From the NCBI GenBank assembly GCA_043228905.1, contig JBHGNT010000009.1, forward strand, positions 124,001-188,000: a stretch of DNA of 64,000 nucleotides, in the 5' to 3' direction. The notes under the pieces were generated by a model. That model made no database searches, was not told the origin of the DNA, and saw nothing but the letters and a program-made list of their open reading frames with translations. Origin of the DNA: Azolla caroliniana. Lineage: Eukaryota; Plantae; Polypodiophyta. The stretch's first letter is position 1, and each line of letters starts with the position of its first letter. The position numbers and the translations under genes are program-made. This document shows, in pieces, positions 24,651 through 38,539 of this stretch.

Positions 24651-27484
24651 ATCAATGACTCAACATCATGGCCCTAGCATCCTAAAGAGTATTCTTGGAG
24701 AGGACCTTGGTGCCACACGTTCGAGTGCCCTGGAAAACCTTGCTAACAACGTAACATTGAAATAGGTGACAAAGTATGTTTTGAGCCACAACCTTTGGAT
24801 CATGAAAGCGATAATTTAATCAACCAAGCCAATAATTAATAAAACTTAGTAAATGGAAGCAATAAGAAGGTTATATGATTGAAGTCGTGGTATAATTTAT
24901 GGAGGAGAGAGAGAGAGCATTCGAGAAACAAGGTTAGAAAGCATTACTAAGGTTGGTAAGGTTATAGAACTCTAGTTATGAGATAATTAAAAAGAGCATA
25001 AGGCATTTCATGTATCTCAATTGGTAAAGTTATTTGGCGAAGGCTAGAAGGTTATGTGTTTAATCCTTATGTTCCACAACGGCATCTAGTAAATCAAGGA
25101 ATAATATGTATGGATTAATAGAGTGGTGTGAAAGCTAGGCCTTGCTATCTAATTGATTCTTAGGATTTCACCTCTTAAATCTTTTTCATCTCCCAAAAGC
25201 CCGTTATTATCTCGTAGTTAAAATACTTTTTCACCCTTTTGATCCATTCTCATATTTCTATACCCTTTTTCACTCTTTCAAAAACCCTTTCATCTCTAAC
25301 CTCTATAAACACCTTTTCCATTATTATCTTGTAGCTAAAAGCCTTTTTCACCCTTTGATCCATTCCCATATTTCTATATCCTTTTTCACTCTTTCATCTC
25401 TAACCTCCTTTCAACACTATAAACACCTTTTTCCGCCCCTCTTATCCATCCTCTTTCATCCCTTTAAAACGATTTTCATCTCTCCAAAAGCTTTTTTACC
25501 CTCTAATAATCCCCTTTCCTGTCTTTAAAATGATTTTCATCTCACTAAAATCCATTTAGATGTCTCCAACCTATGTAATTTCTTATTCATTCTAATCTCT
25601 TGATGTTGCTCCAATTTATCACAAAAAAAAACCCATGGTAGATGTGTTGTCAACTTTACTTGATTCTTAAAGAGAGGATGACACGAAATTTCTTGTTGCC
25701 ATTGTCATCTATTTTCAAGATAGTCTCATATGTTTCGCTAGCTAATATTGGCATGCCATTAATAATTAATGGCCTTTTATTTATGAATCAAACTAATGAT
25801 GAACATTATAATAAGCCATTTACAAAAGATTGGATTAAGGTTGCTTAACAACATCAAACACCCTTGAGTGAAGGACATGAGAAAAACAAAAAAATACCAA
25901 TAATATCTCATACCACCAGATACTTCCTTATACTTTACCTTGACAATTGAATAAAGGATCCGGAGAAGAGAGCTTAACGTCACCAAAAGAGTCTTGACGA
26001 TGTTTAAAGATTTAATGTTGAATGGAGCAGGTAGTTTCTTTTATATACCCCAAAACCTAAGGCTCCCAAACCACCACGTATTCCCATGTATCATATGTCC
26101 TTATGAATTTGTCCCAAGTCCTATTTTAATTGGTTTCCCACTTGTCCTACCCTAAAGCCATTAAAATTAGCTTTAGAATTTATTCTTAAGATGATTCATG
26201 TAACATTTTTACATGGCAACAAAATCGCATTTCACTCTTTTGTTGTGAAACAATGTCATGTATATATTGTGCATTATAGTATTACTGTTATACATAGTAT
26301 AAATATTAAATAGATTAACAGTGAAAGCATTATGCCGTATACAAGTGCAAGAGGAAATACATCATCAATGAGTACTTCTGAGTCAATTGCCTCTAAAAGT
26401 GCATGTGGGGCCATTGGGAATTGTGTGGATAGACACAATAACACTTTGGTCTCCCACTAATTTCGAAATTTAAAATTTACTATTAGTTCATTTACACTAT
26501 CACTATATTTTTATTTTTTCCTCCAATACTCTACGTGGTCGTGCATAAATAGAAAATCAAACTTAACTATACTTATGTATGGAGAACTTATACAAATGTT
26601 CAATAATTAAACTTTGGTGGGATTATGTTTTCAACTCATCTAACTATCAAACCAATACTAACATAATAAAAATGTACTCTTGAATTTGTCACATTTTTTC
26701 TGGTATATAATGGGTGCTTAAATTTTATTGAGATGCACCCAAATTCTAGATAGGGGTCCTTATAGTTTTGTATGCACCACATATGTAACAACAATAAGAT
26801 TAATTTGTGAATGGATTGTAAACCATCGTGGGTTTGTACAGCATGTTTGCATATGCATATTAATGTGTTGATGCCTCTCATAGATCATGTTTGCATATGG
26901 ATATTATATTCACAATAAATGCAATAGACTATGCCGACACAAAAGTCAAAGGAGATGTAAAGAAAAGTGATACTAGTTAATTTGTCAAAATGGCTAGGTA
27001 TACATAGGGTTTAGGAAGGTTTGAGGCCCCTTAAAGACTATTAGATTGGTAGGTTAAGGTTGACCTTTCAATATTCCATTTTCTACAAAGACAATACGTC
27101 AATCATGCAATGTGAAGTAAAAAAGTTGGTGGAGAATCTGGTGAAGACATTATCACGATCATAGAAATCATAAATTCACAAGACTTTTGTGAAGTGCACC
27201 TTTTTTGGCAGTGGTAAAAAAGAGGAGAAAGAAGACACTCGAGAACACATGTGATGACATAAAAAAACGCACAGAAGCTTTTGCCAGTAAAAGTTTAGAT
27301 AGATGACACCAAAAGACAAAGTGCCGAGACTTTGTCTTCTTTTGCACTTGAAAAAAGCTTAGAGAGAGTTGAAAGCGTGGCAATAGAAAGGGGCGCGGAA
27401 GAGCTCGATGTGCGTGTGTAAGGATACAGTCGGAGGAGAAATGGGCATATACAGTTGTCTCGTGTCCTGGGTGTGTGCGTGTAC

Positions 27485-27515
<31 letters not shown>

Positions 27516-27635
27516 TGTATGTATGTGTGGCAAAGTATGTGGTATTTCTATCATTCACATGTACAAGACACTGCAATACCGTGTTGACATTAGAGCAAGT
27601 TAAGTGAAGTGAGGGGGGGGTGTTGAATTTCTGTG

Positions 27636-27642
27636 TATAAAA
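27636..27642 (+). promoter_or_regulatory. Putative TATA box of the WRKY gene
   Basis: TATAAAA lies about 200 bp upstream of the ATG at 27841, followed by a CT-rich 5'-UTR-like tract. Confidence 0.45.
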
Positions 27643-27840
27643 GAGAGCAAGGGAAGGGGCTCTGACTTCATACACTCTCCTAACTCTCTCACTCATCGAC
27701 AAAGTCAGCGCTCTCCTCCTCCTCCTCCTCCTCCTCCTCCTTCATCACTAAGCTCTCTCTCCATACATACTCTGTTTTCCTTTTCCTTCCTCTGTTTTTC
27801 ATCATCTTCTCTCTCTCTCTCTCTCTCAAATCTTTGAGCT

Positions 27841-28854
27841 ATGGAGTGCCCTCTGATCCCCGATGATGATGGAGATCTGAGAGCCATTGTCAGTCGATCA
27901 TGTAATTCTCTCTCAGCTGCAACTTCTTCTACTATGATGATCCCACCTCCTCCATCATGCCTTACACACCTCCCCAACACCTATAATAGTTACTTTTACA
28001 ACCCCGATTTGCCTAAGCTTGCTACACATGATATAGCTTGGAACCATGGTCAAGTATCAAGCCCTTCTTCTTCTCCACCTTCCCCTTCCTCTTCTTCTAA
28101 TTCTTCCTTAGGTAGTGGCACATCCATCCCAACCATGAAGTTCGGCACAAGGGGCACCAAAAGAAAAGCACAAGAACAACACAAGAGAGTGGTTCGGGTC
28201 CTTGCATCTTCTCGGGCGCCCACAAAGCCGGGGGTCGGTGAGAATAATGTCCCTTCCGACACATGGGCTTGGAGGAAATATGGACAAAAGCCAATCAAAG
28301 GCTCCCCCTATCCTAGGGGCTATTACAAGTGTAGCACTTGTAAGGGTTGTCCTGCGAGGAAACAGGTCGAGAGGAGCGTCCTCGACCCCACCATGCTCCT
28401 TCTCACATATAGTGGCGAGCATAACCACACTTGCCCTACACATCGTCGTGACACTCTTCATTCGATGTCGTCCACTCCTTCCCACGTTGTTATAGACTCC
28501 GATGCTAATGTTGATGAAAACTTTAGTGCTAGTCCCATTGTGACATTGGCCCACACAAATAACCATGATGAGGCTCAAACCCAAGAATCTTTATGGTATT
28601 CAACCGACCCCGTCCTTTCGGCGTTGTTGCATACACACACACAATCCACTACTATCACAAATGAGGACGAGGAACAAACTTCTCTGCATGGTGCCCTTTT
28701 TGCAGAGTTGCTAGAGGAAATGGAAAGGCAAAGTTGGAGCATGGAGGAGGAGCAAGGGGGTGTGGATGAGGGAGAATTAGGCTTTGAAGAGGTCGAAGAC
28801 CCCTTCCACCTTTTTAGTTGGTCCACCAATAATTGTAACATGAGTTGTTGTTGA
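27841..28854 (+). CDS. WRKY transcription factor, group IIe-like, single exon, 337 aa
   Basis: Contains [50 protein letters not shown] (C-x5-C-x23-H-x-H), an N-terminal DLRAIV motif and an acidic C-terminus. Confidence 0.95.
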   Translation: MECPLIPDDDGDLRAIVSRSCNSLSAATSSTMMIPPPPSCLTHLPNTYNSYFYNPDLPKLATHDIAWNHGQVSSPSSSPPSPSSSSNSSLGSGTSIPTMKFGTRGTKRKAQEQHKRVVRVLASSRAPTKPGVGENNVPSDTWAWRKYGQKPIKGSPYPRGYYKCSTCKGCPARKQVERSVLDPTMLLLTYSGEHNHTCPTHRRDTLHSMSSTPSHVVIDSDANVDENFSASPIVTLAHTNNHDEAQTQESLWYSTDPVLSALLHTHTQSTTITNEDEEQTSLHGALFAELLEEMERQSWSMEEEQGGVDEGELGFEEVEDPFHLFSWSTNNCNMSCC

Positions 28855-30103
28855 TCAATCAAGTCAACCATATGGTGCAATGACATACATGTCATATACC
28901 TATTAGATTGGCCAAATTTTTAAGGTGTAAAGAACACTCTTATACATATTAGGTTTCTTGTAAGTCACTCAAACTCTTTAGTTTGGAAAGCATAACAATC
29001 TTTTACTAAACCTCTGGCTCCCAACAACAATTTTTTTTTTCTTACTTTCAATTGCAATAGTTAATTTGTTTCTACGCTTATGTTTAATTCATTTTCCTGA
29101 TCGTACACCCCAAGCATTTAGGTATTTTGTCGAGGGGATACAATATGTATCATGTGCTAAAAAACGTTGGTTGTTATTTCTGTTGATGAAATTATGGTAA
29201 GATTTGTGCTTGATCTTGACACGTTTGTTAAACATGATCAACAACTCACCATCTAAATGTTAAATTTTAACTGACTTTGAGAAGTTTTCGTTTACCTTAA
29301 ATGATTAGAAAGGTGGAATTTACTCTTTTATAAGTAGTAAGTACCCTTTGGAAATCATGCTTAAAAGTACACATTAAGTCATTGTATCTTGACTTTGTTA
29401 AACCTTTGAGAGGAATAAACTTAAGTGCTTATTTTTTAGATTTCGTTGTCGGTAATCAGATGGTGAAATTTCATTTCACAAACATTGGATCCCTCCTTTA
29501 TTTTATACATAAGTGAACATCAAGGGGGGGTTGTTTTATGAAATGAGAATTTATCCCTTTCTCAATCAATAGAGTCGTCTCAAAGCAATCTTCTAGTTAA
29601 AATGCATTATGCATGAGTAGATTCAAATGTTCTTATTGTGGGCATTCTTGATATGTAAGAAAGAGTAGCCATGGAGTTGTAATTGTAATTATTGTGGTTC
29701 ATGATTTATTTGGTCCTATTTCTTGCAAAAATCTAATTTTACCCTAAGCATGTAGGATCTACTTGTCGGTATTTCATCACGTGTCATCGTTAATGTTCCA
29801 TGTAAAATCTAGATACATATGTGGTGCTACTCGATGCTTGCCTAATGACATTGGATTATGTGCTCTCTATCTCTCTCTCTCTAAAAGGATATTTATTTTG
29901 CAAGAAGAATGTATTATCATGTAAGGTGATAGAAATTGTTCGTGTGAATAAATCCAGTAGTCTTCATGTAATAAGCATGTTGCCTTGCGCCCCTTGAAAA
30001 CCTTCCTTTTTTCATTGTCCCTTTTTCCCTTGTTTTTCTTGGTGGAAGTATGTACTTCTCTATGTCATAAACAGATGCCCCTCACCCTTTTCTTTGTTTC
30101 TAG

Positions 30104-30150
<47 letters not shown>

Positions 30151-30499
30151 ACAACAATATCTATATTACTAGTGGCAAGCGTCAATGGTCAATGTGACGT
30201 AAACGTCCAAAAAAAAACAAGCTTTCAATGCTCAAAAGCAATTGGAAACAATTCCAAAGAGATTGTCTAAGAGGGAACTTTGAAAAACAAAAGTCAACAA
30301 TAGGTGGTTGCCCAAATATGAATGGTTTCGGGCTACCCAAATGATGATAAAAAATTAACGAATATCGAACTAATTAAAGAAACTAGCATCCTCTTAGACC
30401 CGACAGAGGGTAAACAACCAGAATAATTTTCCAAATTGTATTTGGAAACTTGAGTCAAAGATTTTCTTTAAGTTTACACTTGTAGGTCCATGATCGTAA

Positions 30500-31500
30500 G
30501 TCCCTTAGGGACATGGTATAAGCAATAGAACCGGGAGATGATGCTAATTGTATTGGTTACTAATATTTGCTTCATAATACATTACTGTCAATCGAATAGT
30601 TTCGTTGTACACATTTGTATCATAATTCCACAATTGAGTATCTATTGAAATTCCAATTGCACTATTTAACCAAAGCAGTGCCTCTCTTTCTGAAGTTGAT
30701 TCAAAGCCCTTTCCTCTTGGAAGAGGTTTATGAATAACTGTAGTTGATAAACATTCCAATAAAAGTTATTTGTGATGGACATGTCCATAACAAATGAAGG
30801 TGTTTCTCATCCTCTATGACATCTCATACGAAGAGAATACCTAATTTTCTTTCTCTCTATGTGGTATCCAATTTGAAGTATACCCTATAACCATCAACTC
30901 AAGAACAATCTTTGTTCAAATGACAGATCTAATTTCCAAAGTGTAAAAATCTATCTTTCCACAATCTCTCATACTGCGAAAGAATATTCCCATGCCCTTG
31001 AACCCAAGGAGGTGGATGTAGTTGCATGTAAATGTAGCGCAGTCATGCATACACTTGTATTGCCGCTCTTGTAATACCAATCAAAGAGCCTATGTGATGT
31101 CTCTAGTGGTGGCACAAGAAGTAGTTGGTCAAATATTCTAGACCATATATAGTTGTCATTTGAACCCAAATTATGAAGCATTGTTGCATCTTGGAAGACC
31201 AGCTCATGCCCATCCATAGTAAGCACATCAAAGATAATATTATACCTCATTTGGCTAAAATGAATGCCCCATGTAGCTCCACATGGACTAAAGAGATAAC
31301 AAAAAGGTAATTGTAATGAAGTCTCTCATATCTCATGGAGTTATTAACATGCATCCCATGTGACCAACTTCCAAACTCTAATGAATTTGGTGCTAAAGGG
31401 ATACCCTTTTAGACCAACATCAAAAATGCCAAAAACATACTCCCAATAAGATCTTTGTCTCTGTCTCTCTCTCTAAACAAGTTTGCGAGTCTAAGTATCA
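30500..31500 (-). mobile_element. Old RTEX-like LINE 3' relic
   Basis: Decayed DVIEDEKHLHLLWTCP and LETSHRLFDWYYKSGNTS resemble the C-terminal segments of the 38540-42012 element (IEDEYHFTCKCP; FKASRALYESGYTSSW). Boundaries are approximate. Confidence 0.55.
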
Positions 31501-31755
31501 CACTTTGATACAATGATTTGCCTTTGATCATATTCGACCATGCGTTCCACACATCTTTGACCAAGCCCAATCCTTACAAGAATTTATCTCACAACCACAA
31601 TGTGCACTCTCAATTGCAACATTGATTGGTAAAGTTCTTGAACATCGACAGTCACTACTAAGTTTCACATGTATCACATGAAATATAATATTTTTGGTTT
31701 CATAGGTCATATTTGACCTCTGAAGACGATAATACTCCCCCCCCCCCCCCCCCCC

Positions 31756-31796
<41 letters not shown>

Positions 31797-33118
31797 TGGT
31801 GAAAACACAATGGGTAAGACAAACATTCCACCAAGGAAAGGCTCACTACTCATTTCCACGCATACTTCCAAAAGTGTTTCAATTAAGCTCATAGAGAAGA
31901 GAGTGGAGACCAAAATCCATGTCAAAATGTCAACCATTTAATAAATTCCCTAAAAGCATTTGTCCTTCCCTAGGTGCACATATCAACCTAGAAATAAATT
32001 TTGCATGAACATGAACCATGATTGCCAATGCAATGCATATATATGAGTAGGCATATTGCATGTGGTAACCCTATAACCTTTTTGCCCTAATTGATACATA
32101 AAGTTTTACAAATGCTTAACAAAAACAAAGAAGAGAATTGGATGTTGTTGTAGTAGTTTAAAATAGACACTCCAACTATTTTGTTGACTATTGGCAAAGA
32201 TTAAATATCTCCAACTACTTATGACCTTTTGGACATTATATGACCCTTTTTTTGGTATGCCAAAATTTTGCCTTTTCTCTTAAAGAGTGTCTCCATCAAC
32301 TTCATGCCTAAACACACCAACTCCACCTTTTGTTTTCAAAATTCATTAGGATAGCCAAAGCTCTTAGTAAATATAAATGCACAAGTACAAATACATTTTC
32401 ATGTGCATGCACATACATATACTTGACTATTAAATGGTGTTTATGATATATTTATGGATAAAAACATCTATATTTCCCTCTACTTTGATCAAATATTGGA
32501 TCAACTTCATTATAGTGTAGGCTCACTTTTAACATGCATGGTATATAGACATGTAATTTATATCAACATGCATTCTATAATATCATTTGCTCAAAACAAA
32601 TAACTCTAATGCCCTACACAAGTATTTAAATGTCATTATACACCCCTTATATGATCAAAATATAAACAATAATTTTGAGGTCCTAGAGGCTGGTGAATGT
32701 GGAATAATCACAATAATTGTCAGTGACTTCTCAAATTAAGTCACTGAGAATTACAATGACCACATCTATACATTACAACAAATGAAGGCTTGCTTGTTGT
32801 AAGTCTTACAAGTGCACAGCAATCAGGCTAAATTAGGCAAAATGATGGCATTTCGATTGGATTTATTATTGGAATTGACCAAAGCATTTGCCAATCACTA
32901 TCAAAAACTGAAAGTTACGAACAACCTATTCCTAGCCACATTGGGCCATGGTTGTGGATTGCATTATTTCTTCTTTGTTCTCTATAGGCATTATGGGCCT
33001 TTGTTGAGACAAACCTTGTATACCATGATAGTGACAATGATGATCTAAGAAATTGAAAGATGTGACGCTCTCTTCAGGTATGTCGTTGGCATCGAAGTTC
33101 ATATCTCAGACACAAGAC

Positions 33119-36100
33119 TTATGCATACATACGTCTTTCCGTAGCTACTGGGCCATCATCATCAGAAGGGCGTAATCGTTTGTGAGATGGAGTTGACGTT
33201 TCTGCAATCCTCTTTGCAATACAATTTACTGACTCTACATCTGACATGTCACATCAATGTTGGGCATGGTGCCTCTTACAAAGAGTAGAACTCAATGCTA
33301 ACCAATGAAAATCGAATAGTTAGATCATATGCATACAAATAGAAAAACATGTAGTTAGGTTCCAAACAAATAGCATTATAGCATTACACAGTATAGCTTG
33401 ATTTCCTTGGTTAACATTTGCAAGATTCTCTTTTTAGACATCCACCACCATCAATTTCGTGGATGATACCCTGATCTACACTACATGAAGAGTTGTTTTC
33501 TCACCTACAACTGTGAACTAAAAAAGTTAAGATGCAATAAACACAAGCATGTTAGACTGTCTTAGCTTGCATTACGCCCAAATTTGCTTATCACTTTTAA
33601 GTATTTTTTACCTGTACAAGTTATCCATAAAATCATCCACAAGGACAGGCCATGCACCTGAAACAAAGACAGTGTACCAGATTAACACCCATGGACAAAC
33701 ATCTGTTCCATCCTGTCTTCCAATGAGCAAATAGCCTGAACCCTAATTGCAATTTTGTACATCCATATCTAGTCTAGACCTTCATTTATGTAAAATAAAT
33801 TCCTCATCAGGGCGCTGAAATACTCTTAAGTTTAGGTAGGATTCAGTACAATACCCCATCAATTTTACTAAATGTGATCAACATTATGGCATAATTAGGA
33901 ATCTAATTAGTTTAATTGGCATCCAATTTTGGCACATCGGTCTAATAATTATCAATTAATAGGCTGAATAATTGTTTTGCCACTTATTAGTGATGAATAG
34001 GCTAATTAATGATTTCATGATCAATGAGCTAAGTATAAGTAATTCATCATCCTAACTCATCTTTATTAGGACAAACTTAGACTAGAGTTAAGTAATCACC
34101 AGAGACTGGGCCTAGCTGAGGTGTAGCATACAGATGATTGTCTGGCTGTCTACTTAGGCCAAAACACTAAAGCACAAGTTTTCTTCATCAAGAAGAGTTT
34201 ATCAAGGCTGAGTCAACAGGAAGGATTTACACAAGATCCTACAACAAGTATTCCGTTCAATAACCCCCCTTCACAGCAATTTGTGGATAGGAAACTGAGA
34301 ATTCAGCATTTCACCTTCAGGATCATAATTACTGAAGTCTTCATTGATAGTAAAGCTGAATTCCAGAAACTGTCTCCATGTATCTTCTGATATGGCACGG
34401 TGTTGATGTTTCTGTACTCCTATAAATCTTAATCATAAACCAAGAACATTATCATAAGAACCCCTACAGTCTTCACTCAACCATATATTATCAAGACAGG
34501 AGACATCAAATTCAAAAGGCCGTTCATTGGACCAAAATATGGCAGCAACAAAAATAAGTAAAAAGCAGGCACGAGTTAAATATGATACATATGTCTTACT
34601 TGTTTAAGTTAGAACATTATGTTTAAAGTCAAATTGTATATATCTTAGTTCTTTCATGCATAGTGTGCACAAATCGATTAGCATGCACAAGGAGCAACAT
34701 CCCTCATAACCAGAGAGGTGGCAAAGGTACTCCCTTCTGAGCTCAGAGGATACCAACTAGAATAGAATCCACTCATGATGTACATCACAGGACTATCTCC
34801 TACATAGAATAAGTGAACTCCAAAGACATCATCTCGTTGGAAAAAACTCTCCCAGTAATGATCTACAACAGTGGAAATCGCTTCCAAGTGACCACATCGT
34901 CCTTTGGCTTCAAGACAATGAGGTGGCAACCCACTTCTCCAGGAAGTACATCTCAGTGGCAAAACTTTTTGTTTCTCAAATAAGCATATGTCATCCAAAT
35001 GAAAAACATACAGAAAACATCGCAGAGACCAGGGGAAGGAACAAGAAAAGGGGTGGGGATTGGGATGCCATGTAGGAACTGCTAAAAATATAAATATTCA
35101 AGTATGTCTATTTCATAATCTTAAATTGTTAAAATCCTAATATTGGAACATGAAACCTGAAAATTCCAATTCCTGTGTTTCCAACAAGAGTTTGCCAATC
35201 CCTAAGGTCATGGTCAGGACAGTGGTGAAGATAGTAAACAATGCAAGTCAAAGCAAGCAACCAACAGTCAATAAGGACAGCTTCCTTCAGATGCAAAATG
35301 TTAAAACTTCTTGATGCCAATCCCTAATATCACTGTAAAAAATTCTACCTACCACCCAGAGGAGGAGGACAAGAGGAAAAACCAGCAATGGCTTTATAAA
35401 GTAACTTCTCGGGTCAGTGGTGAAGATAGTAAACAAGCCAAGCATAACAAGCAACCAACGGTAAATAATAGCAGCTTCCTTCAGATGCAGAATATTAAAA
35501 CTTCTTGATCATGTTGCTCATTTTCCAAGTCATTCCATTAGTGTTAGAATATTAGCTTGGAAGTAGATGCGTGTACTAAACAACTTGATATTAATTGCAA
35601 ACATCAATTGGCAGAATGGATTACAGTTTCCCTAGGGAATCTGTCCCCAGATTGCTGTTTCAGATGAAAAGCATGCAATCTTGTTGTTGCTGTAATATCA
35701 TACTACATGTTGCTCATTCATAAAACAACTATTTTGACATTTTACTGCATCTGTTTTACCTCTAATCATTGTGATCGGATTTGAATGTGAGATGAGGCTA
35801 ATACAATGCGAACGAACATTGGAATGGAAGATGGACTCCTTATGAAGGCATTGTTTTGCCTTTTTTTAGCATTGGGTATAATGGAACTCATGAGGCTAAT
35901 ACAATGCGAACGAACATCGGAATGGAAGATGGACTCCTTATGAAGGCATTGTTTTGCCTTTTTTTAGCATTGGGTATAATGGAACTCATGAGGCTAATAC
36001 AATGCGAACATCGGAATGGAAGATGGACTCCTTATGAAGGCATTGTTTTGCTTTTTTTTAGCATTGGGTATAAAGAATTAGATTCATTTCAATTAGAAGA

Positions 36101-38432
36101 CTGTATAATGATTTAAAGAAACATTCTTGTCAGCTTCCAATGGAGCAATCCATTTCTTGGAGCCATCTCTTAGAGACTGGTTATATACCTAGGTTTATCA
36201 CAAGTATTAAATCTAGATTCATTCAATCAGAAGATTGGATAATGATCTAAACAAAAAAAAACTCAGGGTCCAATGGAGCAATCCATTGCTTACAAAAATC
36301 TCTTAGAGTTTGGTTATATACTTTGGTTTAAGACAAGTACTAAATCTAGATTCATTTCAATTAAAAGATGTGTATGATGGTCTAAAAAGATCTTCTCAGC
36401 AATGTAGCCAATGCTTCTGCTGGTGCAATTTGGAGCAGGGAATCAGTAAAGAATGCCACACGTTTGCTGATTAGGTAGCTCAGCTGGAGGCTAATGCATT
36501 TTTGCAAAGCTTTGGAGGTCTCGTAGCAATCCAGGTTCACTAGATATTGAAAGTTACTGATAATATTAGAAATTAAGCAAGAGAAGATATTTGTACAATG
36601 TCTTTATACATGTCTAGGTCTTTACAGAGTATTACAAGTTCCCAAAGCAGAATACCTGCACAAAAGAGCACTATTGATCAAGACATTGGAATCATTCTGA
36701 AATATAAATGCCAAGTCTCAATGGAGGTACTTACAGCTAGAGATAAGAACATCTGCATATTAGCTGAGATAGTATTGATATCAAGAAACTCCATAATATA
36801 AGAAAAAATTCAATTACTGAGGCTTTTTTGTCCTCTTTCCCAACATATAAAGAAGAAAAACCCATAGAACAATGCAAATCGAGCAGAGTCCCTTAGCTGT
36901 CCTATGAATTTTAGCTTCATATTAGCAATCGGATATCCCTTTAGCACTTGACATTAAATCCATCCTTTCTTTACAGAAATAATTATATCAAGGGCATAGT
37001 CTATTCTTTGGTCTCCTGTTCAGTGCCAAACATGGAAGCTATGCTTGTGAATCTCAAAACCTAAAAGAAGTTTATGATTGAAATTGAATTTAGGGCAGAT
37101 GCATATCACACAAGCAATACCTTTTCCATCATTGGTGTCATGAAATACCGAACTCATTCCAAACGTAATTGATCGTATAACTTGATATTTGTATGTCAAT
37201 ATGAGCATTAGACAACCATCCATAAATGAAGTTGTTTTGACCCATGCATATAGGTTTCATCAAAGTCATGGTTCTCGTGTGAAGATCAAACACGAGATTG
37301 ATCATTGTGTACAAAAAAGACATGATTCTTTTGTTACGAAATTTATTTTCAGTATAAAAAGAATTTGCTAGACCAAAAAGGAATTTACTTCCCAGCTCAG
37401 ATCACTCTTGAGCCTTCACAATCCTTCAAGGGCAGAACTTCTAAAGATTAAAGAAAAAGGTGATCAATCAGATTGGGACTATAAAGTTGAAGGACTTATA
37501 AAGGCTCACGAAACCTCTATCAGTCTGAGACCTTCAGGCACTTATAAAGATGAAATCAAAACACTTAAAGAGTTCAAAGAAAAATTGACCATTCCAAGTT
37601 GATCAAGAAATGCCAAAACTTGTTAAAACGAAATAAAAGGATACACAAATTTCTAACCATTAAAGCCTCGTTTCATGATTCTGAGAAGAGCTTGAGCAAC
37701 CGGAACTAACCAAATAAAACACAATTTTGTAATGATTTAAGTCTCATTTTATCTTTCTCAGAGAGTTTGAACGATCAGGGATTCCAAAGATTAAATAAAT
37801 TGACAAATCTCTAAATATCCAAGTCTCCTTTGATCACTATGAGATCTTTTGTGCCAGAACTTCCACGACTTAAATAAAAAAACACAGAGGAGATTCAAGA
37901 GAACATGGCATTATCTTGAGGCCTTAAAAGATTACCAGACTTGCTGGAGATAAAATTAATCATACTAATTTCTAAAGATTCAAGAAGACACTGATTGCTC
38001 TTAGACCTTACAAAATTATCAGAACGTCTAAAGATTGCATTAACGTGATCAGTAAAGATCAGTCTAAGATTTCAAAAATCCAAAGCCTTGAGATAAATAA
38101 AAAATAAAAAATAGACATACCAGTTAATCCTTGCGATTCTGCAAATGCGAAAAGCGCAGCAAGACGAGCCTTGATTCTTCCAGAAGATTCATCACTTGAC
38201 GCGATGTCTGCACAAAAGATATTCTGATACATAAGAAGAACTTCGAAGGAGGAAGAGAACTGGGAAATTTTCTCTTCTTAACAGAGAGATAAAACAATGA
38301 GCTGATTGTAAATAGAACACAAATCCATGAACACGGATGTATGAGTAAGAAGGAAGAAGAAAAGCCTTCTCTTTGAACTTCTCAAAGAAACAGCACTTAC
38401 TAACATGCGCAGTCGGAATACATCTCCCACAT
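33119..38432 (-). pseudogene. AAR3: DCN1-like (cullin-binding PONY domain) gene, AAR3-like, probably disrupted
   Basis: Exons 34411-34315 (KHQHRAISEDTWRQFLEFSFTINEDFSNYDPE) and 33657-33612 (GAWPVLVDDFMDNLYR) form the DCN1 C-terminal signature. Candidate upstream exons are ~38432-38405, 38207-38121 (KARLAALFAFAESQGLT) and 36655-~36600. A basic tail (KRLRP) ends at 33119. In-frame TGAs occur at 33503-33501 and 33256-33254. Family assignment is firm; the subfamily and pseudogene status are less so. Confidence 0.65.
35792..36072. repeat. Intronic tandem repeat, about 98 bp x3
   Basis: ATGAGGCTAATACAATGCGAAC...GCATTGGGTATAA starts at 35792, 35890 and 35988. Confidence 0.92.
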
Positions 38433-38539
38433 GCGAGTATCCCCACAGCCACGGCCAGAGAAGCAAGAAGATATTGTGGCAGAAAGAAGAAGAAGAAGAA
38501 GAAGAAGGTAGCAGGACTGAGGACGTACATACATATATG

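Noticed and set aside
33254-33503. In-frame TGA codons as U-to-C RNA editing or selenocysteine sites
   Set aside because: U-to-C editing in ferns and hornworts is organellar and land plants lack selenoproteins; mutation is the simpler explanation.
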